DNA of 64,000 nt, taken from the NCBI GenBank assembly GCA_040954595.2, contig CM082591.2:11983309-12047308 (forward strand). Direction: 5' to 3'. The stretch is from Balanoglossus misakiensis. Lineage: Eukaryota; Animalia; Hemichordata. Shown here in pieces: positions 24,701-39,700 of the stretch (position 1 is its first letter; each line of letters opens with the position of its first letter). Both the position numbers and the translations under genes were made by a program. The notes beneath the pieces were generated by a model. That model saw only the letters and a program-made list of their open reading frames with translations. It ran no database searches and was not told where the DNA came from.

Positions 24701-27700
24701 CACAGGTGAGAGATTTTTTCTTTTTTTTTACACACGGGTTAGACGTGGGCATTGCAGAGAGGGCAGCACCAATTTCATAAATGAAAGTAGCAGTAAATAC
24801 AGACTGCCTTTGCTTCCTTCCATATTTCATGCACACCGTGTAAGTAGACTTTACCTAATTTTGTCCCTTCTTTTCACCCAATTTACTGTCTTTTCCTGAT
24901 CTCCAACACAGACTATGGTTGCCACCATCTTGTCTGTTGTTAGGACAGCACACTGCCTTATTGTGTTGACTGTGTGCAGTTTTTGTAACCAGAGCCTCTA
25001 ACCCAAACTATTATGCAGTTGTTACATATGATGCAAGTTGCCCATAAAATTACCTAACAATAAAATGTGGCTGTCGAACATTGGTCCCAACAATAACGAC
25101 AAACACAATACGATAGAATTTTTACTCAATGACTTTCTGGCCTCATTTTCGCATCGTCTTGGAAGGGCAAATGAAAAAGGCATATCGATTATTGGTACTC
25201 CACTTATTAGACTTTCCACTGTTTGTCAACAGCACTGCCAAGGAACTCCTGCCAGCCATCATTGATTGTCTGGATAGTAGTGCCCAGAGTGTCGTCAATG
25301 TAGCTTTACAACATCTACGCTAAACAAATCTCTTTTTTTTTGGCCTAACTTAATATATTTGTTTATTTCAGTGCTATGAGCAATACTCCGTTGTGTTTAC
25401 TGTCAGAGATGTATCTGCAACAACCCGATTTAATTCAGAGTGTCAGAAAAAGTGACTTGCTGGTCAAGAATGCAAACAGTGTCAGTCAGAGTGTCTCACA
25501 GGTGAGAGATTTTTTCTTTTTTTTTACACACGGGTTAGACGTGGGCATTGCAGAGAGGGCAGCACCAATTTCATAAATGTACGTAGCAGTAAATACAGAC
25601 TGCCTTTGCTTCCTTCCATATTTCATGCACACCGTGTAAGTAGACTTTACCTAATTTTGTCCCTTCTTTTCACCCAATTTACTGTCTTTTCCTGATCTCC
25701 AACACAGACTATGGTTGCCACCATCTTGTCTGTTGTTAGGACAGCACACTGCCTTATTGTGTTGACTGTGTGCAGTTTTTGTAACCAGAGCCTCTAACCC
25801 TAACTATTATGCAGTTGTTACATATGATGCAAGTTGCCCATAAAATTTCCTAACAATAAAATGTGGCTGTCGAACATTGGACCCAACAATAACGACAAAC
25901 ACAATACGATAGAATTTTTACTCAATGACTTTCTGGCCTCATTTTCGCATCGTCTTGGAAGGGCAAATGAAAAAGGCATATCGATTATTGGTACTCCACT
26001 TATTAGACTTTCCACTGTTTGTCAACAGCACTGCCAAGGAACTCCTGCCAGCCATCATTGATTGTCTGGATAGTAGTGCCCAGAGTGTCGTCAATGTAGC
26101 TTTACAACATCTACGCTAAACAAATCTCTTTTTTTTTTGGCCTAACTTAATATATTTGTTTATTTCAGTGCTATGAGCAATACTCCGTTGTGTTTACTGT
26201 CAGAGATGTATCTGCAACAACCCGATTTAATTCAGAGTGTCAGAAAAAGTGACTTGCTGGTCAAGAATGCAAACAGTGTCAGTCAGAGTGTCTCACAGGT
26301 GAGAGATTTTTTCTTTTTTTTACACACGGGTTAGACGTGGGCATTGCAGAGAGGGCAGCACCAATTTCATAAATGTACGTAGCAGTAAATACAGACTGCC
26401 TTTGCTTCCTTCCATATTTCATGCACACCGTGTAAGTAGACTTTACCTAATTTTGTCCCTTCTTTTCACCCAATTTACTGTCTTTTCCTGATCTCCAACA
26501 CAGACTATGGTTGCCACCATCTTGTCTGTTGTTAGGACAACACACTGCCTTATTGTGTTGACTGTGTGCAGTTTTTGTAACCAGAGCCTCTAACCCAAAC
26601 TATTATGCAGTTGTTACATATGATGCAAGTTGCCCATAAAATTACCTAACAATAAAATGTGGCTGTCGAACATTGGTCCCAACAATAACGACAAACACAA
26701 TACGATAGAATTTTTACTCAATGACTTTCTGGCCTCATTTTCGCATCGTCTTGGAAGGGCAAATGAAAAAGGCATATCGATTATTGGTACTCCACTTATT
26801 AGACTTTCCACTGTTTGTCAACAGCACTGCCAAGGAACTCCTGCCAGCCATCATTGATTGTCTGGATAGTAGTGCCCAGAGTGTCGTCAATGTAGCTTTA
26901 CAACATCTACGCTAAACAAATCTCTTTTTTTTTGGCCTAACTTAATATATTTGTTTATTTCAGTGCTATGAGCAATACTCCGTTGCGTTTACTGTCAGAG
27001 ATGTATCTGCAACAACCCGATTTAATTCAGTGTCAGAAAAAGTGACTTGCTGGTCAAGAATGCAAACAGTGTCAGTCAGTGTCTCACAGGTGAGAGATTT
27101 TTTTCTTTTTTTTTACACACGGGTTAGACGTGGGCATTGCAGAGAGGGCAGCACCAATTTCATAAATGTACGTAGCAGTAAATACAGACTGCCTTTGCTT
27201 CCTTCCATATTTCATGCACACCGTGTAAGTAGACTTTACCTAATTTTGTCCCTTCTTTTCACCCAATTTACTGTCTTTTCCTGATCTCCAACACAGACTA
27301 TGGTTGCCACCATCTTGTCTGTTGTTAGGACAGCACACTGCCTTATTGTGTTGACTGTGTGCAGTTTTTGTAACCAGAGCCTCTAACCCTAACTATTATG
27401 CAGTTGTTACATATGATGCAAGTTGCCCATAAAATTACCTAACAATAAAATGTGGCTGTCGAACATTGGTCCCAACAATAACGACAAACACAATACGATA
27501 GAATTTTTACTCAATGACTTTCTGGCCTCATTTTCGCATCGTCTTGGAAGGGCAAATGAAAAAGGCATATCGATTATTGGTACTCCACTTATTAGACTTT
27601 CCACTGTTTGTCAACAGCACTGCCAAGGAACTCCTGGCAGCCATCATTGATTGTCTGGATAGTAGTGCCCAGAGTGTCGTCAATGTAGCTTTACAACATC

Positions 27701-30700
27701 TACGCTAAACAAATCTCTTTTTTTTTTGGCCTAACTTAATATATTTGTTTATTTCAGTGCTATGAGCAATACTCCGTTGTGTTTACTGTCAGAGATGTAT
27801 CTGCAACAACCCGATTTAATTCAGAGTGTCAGAAAAAGTGACTTGCTGGTCAAGAATGCAAACAGTGTCAGTCAGAGTGTCTCACAGGTGAGAGATTTTT
27901 TCTTTTTTTTTACACACGGGTTAGACGTGGGCATTGCAGAGAGGGCAGCACCAATTTCATAAATGTACGTAGCAGTAAATACAGACTGCCTTTGCTTCCT
28001 TCCATATTTCATGCACACCGTGTAAGTAGACTTTACCTAATTTTGTCCCTTCTTTTCACCCAATTTACTGTCTTTTCTGATCTCCAACACAGATTTTGGT
28101 TGCCACCATCTTGTCTGTTGTTAGGACAACACACTGCCTTATTGTGTTGACTGTGTGCAGTTTTTGTAACCAGAGCCTCTAACCCAAACTATTATGCAGT
28201 TGTTACATATGATGCAAGTTGCCCATAAAATTACCTAACAATAAAATGTGGCTGTCGAACATTGGTCCCAACAATAACGACAAACACAATACGATAGAAT
28301 TTTTACTCAATGACTTTCTGGCCTCATTTTCGCATCGTCTTGGAAGGGCAAATGAAAAAGGCATATCGATTATTGGTACTCCACTTATTAGACTTTCCAC
28401 TGTTTGTCAACAGCACTGCCAAGGAACTCCTGCCAGCCATCATTGATTGTCTGGATAGTAGTGCCCAGAGTGTCGTCAATGTAGCTTTACAACATCTACG
28501 CTAAACAAATCTCTTTTTTTTTTGGCCTAACTTAATATATTTGTTTATTTCAGTGCTATGAGCAATACTCCGTTGCGTTTACTGTCAGAGATGTATCTGC
28601 AACAACCCGATTTAATTCAGTGTCAGAAAAAGTGACTTGCTGGTCAAGAATGCAAACAGTGTCAGTCAGAGTGTCTCACAGGTGAGAGATGTTTTTCTTT
28701 TTTTTTTACACACGGGTTAGACGTGGGCATTGCAGAGAGGGCAGCACCAATTTCATAAATGTACGTAGCAGTAAATACAGACTGCCTTTGCTTCCTTCCA
28801 TATTTCATGCACACCGTGTAAGTAGACTTTACCTAATTTTGTCCCTTCTTTTCACCCAATTTACTGTCTTTTCCTGATCTCCAACACAGACTATGGTTGC
28901 CACCATCTTGTCTGTTGTTAGGACAACACACTGCCTTATTGTGTTGACTGTGTGCAGTTTTTGTAACCAGAGCCTCTAACCCAAACTATTATGCAGTTGT
29001 TACATATGATGCAAGTTGCCCATAAAATTACCTAACAATAAAATGTGGCTGTCGAACATTGGTCCCAACAATAACGACAAACACAATACGATAGAATTTT
29101 TACTCAATGACTTTCTGGCCTCATTTTCGCATCGTCTTGGAAGGGCAAATGAAAAAGGCATATCGATTATTGGTACTCCACTTATTAGACTTTCCACTGT
29201 TTGTCAACAGCACTGCCAAGGAACTCCTGCCAGCCATCATTGATTGTCTGGATAGTAGTGCCCAGAGTGTCGTCAATGTAGCTTTACAACATCTACGCTA
29301 AACAAATCTCTTTTTTTTTGGCCTAACTTAATATATTTGTTTATTTCAGTGCTATGAGCAATACTCCGTTGCGTTTACTGTCAGAGATGTATCTGCAACA
29401 ACCCGATTTAATTCAGTGTCAGAAAAAGTGACTTGCTGGTCAAGAATGCAAACAGTGTCAGTCAGTGTCTCACAGGTGAGAGATTTTTTTCTTTTTTTTA
29501 CACACGGGTTAGACGTGGGCATTGCAGAGAGGGCAGCACCAATTTCATAAATGTACGTAGCAGTAAATACAGACTGCCTTTGCTTCCTTCCATATTTCAT
29601 GCACACCGTGTAAGTAGACTTTACCTAATTTTGTCCCTTCTTTTCACCCAATTTACTGTCTTTTCCTGATCTCCAACACAGACTATGGTTGCCACCATCT
29701 TGTCTGTTGTTAGGACAGCACACTGCCTTATTGTGTTGACTGTGTGCAGTTTTTGTAACCAGAGCCTCTAACCCTAACTATTATGCAGTTGTTACATATG
29801 ATGCAAGTTGCCCATAAAATTACCTAACAATAAAATGTGGCTGTCGAACATTGGTCCCAACAATAACGACAAACACAATACGATAGAATTTTTACTCAAT
29901 GACTTTCTGGCCTCATTTTCGCATCGTCTTGGAAGGGCAAATGAAAAAGGCATATCGATTATTGGTACTCCACTTATTAGACTTTCCACTGTTTGTCAAC
30001 AGCACTGCCAAGGAACTCCTGGCAGCCATCATTGATTGTCTGGATAGTAGTGCCCAGAGTGTCGTCAATGTAGCTTTACAACATCTACGCTAAACAAATC
30101 TCTTTTTTTTTTGGCCTAACTTAATATATTTGTTTATTTCAGTGCTATGAGCAATACTCCGTTGTGTTTACTGTCAGAGATGTATCTGCAACAACCCGAT
30201 TTAATTCAGAGTGTCAGAAAAAGTGACTTGCTGGTCAAGAATGCAAACAGTGTCAGTCAGAGTGTCTCACAGGTGAGAGATTTTTTCTTTTTTTTTACAC
30301 ACGGGTTAGACGTGGGCATTGCAGAGAGGGCAGCACCAATTTCATAAATGTACGTAGCAGTAAATACAGACTGCCTTTGCTTCCTTCCATATTTCATGCA
30401 CACCGTGTAAGTAGACTTTACCTAATTTTGTCCCTTCTTTTCACCCAATTTACTGTCTTTTCTGATCTCCAACACAGATTTTGGTTGCCACCATCTTGTC
30501 TGTTGTTAGGACAACACACTGCCTTATTGTGTTGACTGTGTGCAGTTTTTGTAACCAGAGCCTCTAACCCAAACTATTATGCAGTTGTTACATATGATGC
30601 AAGTTGCCCATAAAATTACCTAACAATAAAATGTGGCTGTCGAACATTGGTCCCAACAATAACGACAAACACAATACGATAGAATTTTTACTCAATGACT

Positions 30701-33700
30701 TTCTGGCCTCATTTTCGCATCGTCTTGGAAGGGCAAATGAAAAAGGCATATCGATTATTGGTACTCCACTTATTAGACTTTCCACTGTTTGTCAACAGCA
30801 CTGCCAAGGAACTCCTGCCAGCCATCATTGATTGTCTGGATAGTAGTGCCCAGAGTGTCGTCAATGTAGCTTTACAACATCTACGCTAAACAAATCTCTT
30901 TTTTTTTTGGCCTAACTTAATATATTTGTTTATTTCAGTGCTATGAGCAATACTCCGTTGCGTTTACTGTCAGAGATGTATCTGCAACAACCCGATTTAA
31001 TTCAGTGTCAGAAAAAGTGACTTGCTGGTCAAGAATGCAAACAGTGTCAGTCAGAGTGTCTCACAGGTGAGAGATGTTTTTCTTTTTTTTTTACACACGG
31101 GTTAGACGTGGGCATTGCAGAGAGGGCAGCACCAATTTCATAAATGTACGTAGCAGTAAATACAGACTGCCTTTGCTTCCTTCCATATTTCATGCACACC
31201 GTGTAAGTAGACTTTACCTAATTTTGTCCCTTCTTTTCACCCAATTTACTGTCTTTTCCTGATCTCCAACACAGACTATGGTTGCCACCATCTTGTCTGT
31301 TGTTAGGACAGCACACTGCCTTATTGTGTTGACTGTGTGCAGTTTTTGTAACCAGAGCCTCTAACCCTAACTATTATGCAGTTGTTACATATGATGCAAG
31401 TTGCCCATAAAATTACCTAACAATAAAATGTGGCTGTCGAACATTGGTCCCAACAATAACGACAAACACAATACGATAGAATTTTTACTCAATGACTTTC
31501 TGGCCTCATTTTCGCATCGTCTTGGAAGGGCAAATGAAAAAGGCATATTGATTATTGGTACTCCACTTATTAGACTTTCCACTGTTTGTCAACAGCACTG
31601 CCAAGGAACTCCTGCCAGCCATCATTGATTGTCTGGATAGTAGTGCCCAGAGTGTCGTCAATGTAGCTTTACAACATCTACGCTAAACAAATCTCTTTAT
31701 TTTTTGGCCTAACTTAATATATTTGTTTATTTCAGTGCTATGAGCAATACTCCGTTGCGTTTACTGTCAGAGATGTATCTGCAACAACCCGATTTAATTC
31801 AGAGTGTCAGAAAAAGTGACTTGCTGGTCAAGAATGCAAACAGTGTCAGTCAGAGTGTCTCACAGGTGAGAGATTTTTTCTTTTTTTTTACACACGGGTT
31901 AGACGTGGGCATTGCAGAGAGGGCAGCACCAATTTCATAAATGAAAGTAGCAGTAAATACAGACTGCCTTTGCTTCCTTCCATATTTCATGCACACCGTG
32001 TAAGTAGACTTTACCTAATTTTGTCCCTTCTTTTCACCCAATTTACTGTCTTTTCCTGATCTCCAACACAGACTATGGTTGCCACCATCTTGTCTGTTGT
32101 TAGGACAGCACACTGCCTTATTGTGTTGACTGTGTGCAGTTTTTGTAACCAGAGCCTCTAACCCAAACTATTATGCAGTTGTTACATATGATGCAAGTTG
32201 CCCATAAAATTACCTAACAATAAAATGTGGCTGTCGAACATTGGTCCCAACAATAACGACAAACACAATACGATAGAATTTTTACTCAATGACTTTCTGG
32301 CCTCATTTTCGCATCGTCTTGGAAGGGCAAATGAAAAAGGCATATCGATTATTGGTACTCCACTTATTAGACTTTCCACTGTTTGTCAACAGCACTGCCA
32401 AGGAACTCCTGCCAGCCATCATTGATTGTCTGGATAGTAGTGCCCAGAGTGTCGTCAATGTAGCTTTACAACATCTACGCTAAACAAATCTCTTTTTTTT
32501 TTGGCCTAACTTAATATATTTGTTTATTTCAGTGCTATGAGCAATACTCCGTTGTGTTTACTGTCAGAGATGTATCTGCAACAACCCGATTTAATTCAGA
32601 GTGTCAGAAAAAGTGACTTGCTGGTCAAGAATGCAAACAGTGTCAGTCAGAGTGTCTCACAGGTGAGAGATTTTTTCTTTTTTTTTACACACGGGTTAGA
32701 CGTGGGCATTGCAGAGAGGGCAGCACCAATTTCATAAATGAAAGTAGCAGTAAATACAGACTGCCTTTGCTTCCTTCCATATTTCATGCACACCGTGTAA
32801 GTAGACTTTACCTAATTTTGTCCCTTCTTTTCACCCAATTTACTGTCTTTTCCTGATCTCCAACACAGACTATGGTTGCCACCATCTTGTCTGTTGTTAG
32901 GACAGCACACTGCCTTATTGTGGTGACTGTGTGCAGTTTTTGTAACCAGAGCCTCTAACCCAAACTATTATGCAGTTGTTACATATGATGCAAGTTGCCC
33001 ATAAAATTACCTAACAATAAAATGTGGCTGTCGAACATTGGTCCCAACAATAACGACAAACACAATACGATAGAATTTTTACTCAATGACTTTCTGGCCT
33101 CATTTTCGCATCGTCTTGGAAGGGCAAATGAAAAAGGCATATCGATTATTGGTACTCCACTTATTAGACTTTCCACTGTTTGTCAACAGCACTGCCAAGG
33201 AACTCCTGCCAGCCATCATTGATTGTCTGGATAGTAGTGCCCAGAGTGTCGTCAATGTAGCTTTACAACATCTACGCTAAACAAATCTCTTTTTTTTTGG
33301 CCTAACTTAATATATTTGTTTATTTCAGTGCTATGAGCAATACTCCGTTGTGTTTACTGTCAGAGATGTATCTGCAACAACCCGATTTAATTCAGAGTGT
33401 CAGAAAAAGTGACTTGCTGGTCAAGAATGCAAACAGTGTCAGTCAGAGTGTCTCACAGGTGAGAGATTTTTTCTTTTTTTTTACACACGGGTTAGACGTG
33501 GGCATTGCAGAGAGGGCAGCACCAATTTCATAAATGTACGTAGCAGTAAATACAGACTGCCTTTGCTTCCTTCCATATTTCATGCACACCGTGTAAGTAG
33601 ACTTTACCTAATTTTGTCCCTTCTTTTCACCCAATTTACTGTCTTTTCCTGATCTCCAACACAGACTATGGTTGCCACCATCTTGTCTGTTGTTAGGACA

Positions 33701-36700
33701 GCACACTGCCTTATTGTGTTGACTGTGTGCAGTTTTTGTAACCAGAGCCTCTAACCCTAACTATTATGCAGTTGTTACATATGATGCAAGTTGCCCATAA
33801 AATTTCCTAACAATAAAATGTGGCTGTCGAACATTGGACCCAACAATAACGACAAACACAATACGATAGAATTTTTACTCAATGACTTTCTGGCCTCATT
33901 TTCGCATCGTCTTGGAAGGGCAAATGAAAAAGGCATATCGATTATTGGTACTCCACTTATTAGACTTTCCACTGTTTGTCAACAGCACTGCCAAGGAACT
34001 CCTGCCAGCCATCATTGATTGTCTGGATAGTAGTGCCCAGAGTGTCGTCAATGTAGCTTTACAACATCTACGCTAAACAAATCTCTTTTTTTTTTGGCCT
34101 AACTTAATATATTTGTTTATTTCAGTGCTATGAGCAATACTCCGTTGTGTTTACTGTCAGAGATGTATCTGCAACAACCCGATTTAATTCAGAGTGTCAG
34201 AAAAAGTGACTTGCTGGTCAAGAATGCAAACAGTGTCAGTCAGAGTGTCTCACAGGTGAGAGATTTTTTCTTTTTTTTACACACGGGTTAGACGTGGGCA
34301 TTGCAGAGAGGGCAGCACCAATTTCATAAATGTACGTAGCAGTAAATACAGACTGCCTTTGCTTCCTTCCATATTTCATGCACACCGTGTAAGTAGACTT
34401 TACCTAATTTTGTCCCTTCTTTTCACCCAATTTACTGTCTTTTCCTGATCTCCAACACAGACTATGGTTGCCACCATCTTGTCTGTTGTTAGGACAGCAC
34501 ACTGCCTTATTGTGTTGACTGTGTGCAGTTTTTGTAACCAGAGCCTCTAACCCTATGCAGTTGTTACATATGATGCAAGTTGCCCATAAAATTACCTAAC
34601 AATAAAATGTGGCTGTCGAACATTGGTCCCAACAATAACGACAAACACAATACGATAGAATTTTTACTCAATGACTTTCTGGCCTCATTTTCGCATCGTC
34701 TTGGAAGGGCAAATGAAAAAGGCATATCGATTATTGGTACTCCACTTATTAGACTTTCCACTGTTTGTCAACAGCACTGCCAAGGAACTCCTGCCAGCCA
34801 TCATTGATTGTCTGGATAGTAGTGCCCAGAGTGTCGTCAATGTAGCTTTACAACATCTACGCTAAACAAATCTTTTTTTTTTGGCCTAACTTAATATATT
34901 TGTTTATTTCAGTGCTATGAGCAATACTCCGTTGTGTTTACTGTCAGAGATGTATCTGCAACAACCCGATTTAATTCATAGTGTCAGAAAAAGTGACTTG
35001 CTGGTCAAGAATGCAAACAGTGTCAGTCAGAGTGTCTCACAGGTGAGAGATTTTTTCTTTTTTTTACACACGGGTTAGACGTGGGCATTGCAGAGAGGGC
35101 AGCACCAATTTCATAAATGTACGTAGCAGTAAATACAGACTGCCTTTGCTTCCTTCCATATTTCATGCACACCGTGTAAGTAGACTTTACCTAATTTTGT
35201 CCCTTCTTTTCACCCAATTTACTGTCTTTTCCTGATCTCCAACACAGACTATGGTTGCCACCATCTTGTCTGTTGTTAGGACAGCACACTGCCTTATTGT
35301 GTTGACTGTGTGCAGTTTTTGTAACCAGAGCCTCTAACCCTATGCAGTTGTTACATATGATGCAAGTTGCCCATAAAATTACCTAACAATAAAATGTGGC
35401 TGTCGAACATTGGTCCCAACAATAACGACAAACACAATACGATAGAATTTTTACTCAATGACTTTCTGGCCTCATTTTCGCATCGTCTTGGAAGGGCAAA
35501 TGAAAAAGGCATATCGATTATTGGTACTCCACTTATTAGACTTTCCACTGTTTGTCAACAGCACTGCCAAGGAACTCCTGCCAGCCATCATTGATTGTCT
35601 GGATAGTAGTGCCCAGAGTGTCGTCAATGTAGCTTTACAACATCTACGCTAAACAAATCTTTTTTTTTTGGCCTAACTTAATATATTTGTTTATTTCAGT
35701 GCTATGAGCAATACTCCGTTGTGTTTACTGTCAGAGATGTATCTGCAACAACCCGATTTAATTCATAGTGTCAGAAAAAGTGACTTGCTGGTCAAGAATG
35801 CAAACAGTGTCAGTCAGAGTGTCTCACAGGTGAGAGATTTTTTCTTTTTTTTACACACGGGTTAGACGTGGGCATTGCAGAGAGGGCAGCACCAATTTCA
35901 TAAATGTACGTAGCAGTAAATACAGACTGCCTTTGCTTCCTTCCATATTTCATGCACACCGTGTAAGTAGACTTTACCTAATTTTGTCCCTTCTTTTCAC
36001 CCAATTTACTGTCTTTTCCTGATCTCCAACACAGACTATGGTTGCCACCATCTTGTCTGTTGTTAGGACAGCACACTGCCTTATTGTGTTGACTGTGTGC
36101 AGTTTTTGTAACCAGAGCCTCTAACCCTATGCAGTTGTTACATATGATGCAAGTTGCCCATAAAATTACCTAACAATAAAATGTGGCTGTCGAACATTGG
36201 TCCCAACAATAACGACAAACACAATACGATAGAATTTTTACTCAATGACTTTCTGGCCTCATTTTCGCATCGTCTTGGAAGGGCAAATGAAAAAGGCATA
36301 TCGATTATTGGTACTCCACTTATTAGACTTTCCACTGTTTGTCAACAGCACTGCCAAGGAACTCCTGCCAGCCATCATTGATTGTCTGGATAGTAGTGCC
36401 CAGAGTGTCGTCAATGTAGCTTTACAACATCTACGCTAAACAAATCTTTTTTTTTTGGCCTAACTTAATATATTTGTTTATTTCAGTGCTATGAGCAATA
36501 CTCCGTTGTGTTTACTGTCAGAGATGTATCTGCAACAACCCGATTTAATTCATAGTGTCAGAAAAAGTGACTTGCTGGTCAAGAATGCAAACAGTGTCAG
36601 TCAGAGTGTCTCACAGGTGAGAGATTTTTTCTTTTTTTTACACACGGGTTAGACGTGGGCATTGCAGAGAGGGCAGCACCAATTTCATAAATGTACGTAG

Positions 36701-39700
36701 CAGTAAATACAGACTGCCTTTGCTTCCTTCCATATTTCATGCACACCGTGTAAGTAGACTTTACCTAATTTTGTCCCTTCTTTTCACCCAATTTACTGTC
36801 TTTTCCTGATCTCCAACACAGACTATGGTTGCCACCATCTTGTCTGTTGTTAGGACAGCACACTGCCTTATTGTGTTGACTGTGTGCAGTTTTTGTAACC
36901 AGAGCCTCTAACCCTATGCAGTTGTTACATATGATGCAAGTTGCCCATAAAATTACCTAACAATAAAATGTGGCTGTCGAACATTGGTCCCAACAATAAC
37001 GACAAACACAATACGATAGAATTTTTACTCAATGACTTTCTGGCCTCATTTTCGCATCGTCTTGGAAGGGCAAATGAAAAAGGCATATCGATTATTGGTA
37101 CTCCACTTATTAGACTTTCCACTGTTTGTCAACAGCACTGCCAAGGAACTCCTGCCAGCCATCATTGATTGTCTGGATAGTAGTGCCCAGAGTGTCGTCA
37201 ATGTAGCTTTACAACATCTACGCTAAACAAATCTCTTTTTTTTTTGGCCTAACTTAATATATTTGTTTATTTCAGTGCTATGAGCAATACTCCATTGTGT
37301 TTACTGTCAGAGATGTATCTGCAACAACCCGATTTAATTCAGAGTGTCAGAAAAAGTGACTTGCTGGTCAAGAATGCAAACAGTGTCAGTCAGAGTGTCT
37401 CACAGGTGAGAGATTTTTTCTTTTTTTTTACACACGGGTTAGACGTGGGCATTGCAGAGAGGGCAGCACCAATTTCATAAATGTACGTAGCAGTAAATAC
37501 AGACTGCCTTTGCTTCCTTCCATATTTCATGCACACCGTGTAAGTAGACTTTACCTAATTTTGTCCCTTCTTTTCACCCAATTTACTGTCTTTTCCTGAT
37601 CTCCAACACAGACTATGGTTGCCACCATCTTGTCTGTTGTTAGGACAGCACACTGCCTTATTGTGTTGACTGTGTGCAGTTTTTGTAACCAGAGCCTCTA
37701 ACCCAAACTATTATGCAGTTGTTACATATGATGCAAGTTGCCCATAAAATTACCTAACAATAAAATGTGGCTGTCGAACATTGGTCCCAACAATAACGAC
37801 AAACACAATACGATAGAATTTTTACTCAATGACTTTCTGGCCTCATTTTCGCATCGTCTTGGAAGGGCAAATGAAAAAGGCATATCGATTATTGGTACTC
37901 CACTTATTAGACTTTCCACTGTTTGTCAACAGCACTGCCAAGGAACTCCTGCCAGCCATCATTGATTGTCTGGATAGTAGTGCCCAGAGTGTCGTCAATG
38001 TAGCTTTACAACATCTACGCTAAACAAATCTCTTTTTTTTTGGCCTAACTTAATATATTTGTTTATTTCAGTGCTATGAGCAATACTCCGTTGTGTTTAC
38101 TGTCAGAGATGTATCTGCAACAACCCGATTTAATTCAGAGTGTCAGAAAAAGTGACTTGCTGGTCAAGAATGCAAACAGTGTCAGTCAGAGTGTCTCACA
38201 GGTGAGAGATTTTTTCTTTTTTTTTACACACGGGTTAGACGTGGGCATTGCAGAGAGGGCAGCACCAATTTCATAAATGTACGTAGCAGTAAATACAGAC
38301 TGCCTTTGCTTCCTTCCATATTTCATGCACACCGTGTAAGTAGACTTTACCTAATTTTGTCCCTTCTTTTCACCCAATTTACTGTCTTTTCCTGATCTCC
38401 AACACAGACTATGGTTGCCACCATCTTGTCTGTTGTTAGGACAGCACACTGCCTTATTGTGTTGACTGTGTGCAGTTTTTGTAACCAGAGCCTCTAACCC
38501 TAACTATTATGCAGTTGTTACATATGATGCAAGTTGCCCATAAAATTTCCTAACAATAAAATGTGGCTGTCGAACATTGGACCCAACAATAACGACAAAC
38601 ACAATACGATAGAATTTTTACTCAATGACTTTCTGGCCTCATTTTCGCATCGTCTTGGAAGGGCAAATGAAAAAGGCATATCGATTATTGGTACTCCACT
38701 TATTAGACTTTCCACTGTTTGTCAACAGCACTGCCAAGGAACTCCTGCCAGCCATCATTGATTGTCTGGATAGTAGTGCCCAGAGTGTCGTCAATGTAGC
38801 TTTACAACATCTACGCTAAACAAATCTCTTTTTTTTTTGGCCTAACTTAATATATTTGTTTATTTCAGTGCTATGAGCAATACTCCGTTGTGTTTACTGT
38901 CAGAGATGTATCTGCAACAACCCGATTTAATTCAGAGTGTCAGAAAAAGTGACTTGCTGGTCAAGAATGCAAACAGTGTCAGTCAGAGTGTCTCACAGGT
39001 GAGAGATTTTTTCTTTTTTTTACACACGGGTTAGACGTGGGCATTGCAGAGAGGGCAGCACCAATTTCATAAATGTACGTAGCAGTAAATACAGACTGCC
39101 TTTGCTTCCTTCCATATTTCATGCACACCGTGTAAGTAGACTTTACCTAATTTTGTCCCTTCTTTTCACCCAATTTACTGTCTTTTCCTGATCTCCAACA
39201 CAGACTATGGTTGCCACCATCTTGTCTGTTGTTAGGACAGCACACTGCCTTATTGTGTTGACTGTGTGCAGTTTTTGTAACCAGAGCCTCTAACCCTATG
39301 CAGTTGTTACATATGATGCAAGTTGCCCATAAAATTACCTAACAATAAAATGTGGCTGTCGAACATTGGTCCCAACAATAACGACAAACACAATACGATA
39401 GAATTTTTACTCAATGACTTTCTGGCCTCATTTTCGCATCGTCTTGGAAGGGCAAATGAAAAAGGCATATCGATTATTGGTACTCCACTTATTAGACTTT
39501 CCACTGTTTGTCAACAGCACTGCCAAGGAACTCCTGCCAGCCATCATTGATTGTCTGGATAGTAGTGCCCAGAGTGTCGTCAATGTAGCTTTACAACATC
39601 TACGCTAAACAAATCTTTTTTTTTTGGCCTAACTTAATATATTTGTTTATTTCAGTGCTATGAGCAATACTCCGTTGTGTTTACTGTCAGAGATGTATCT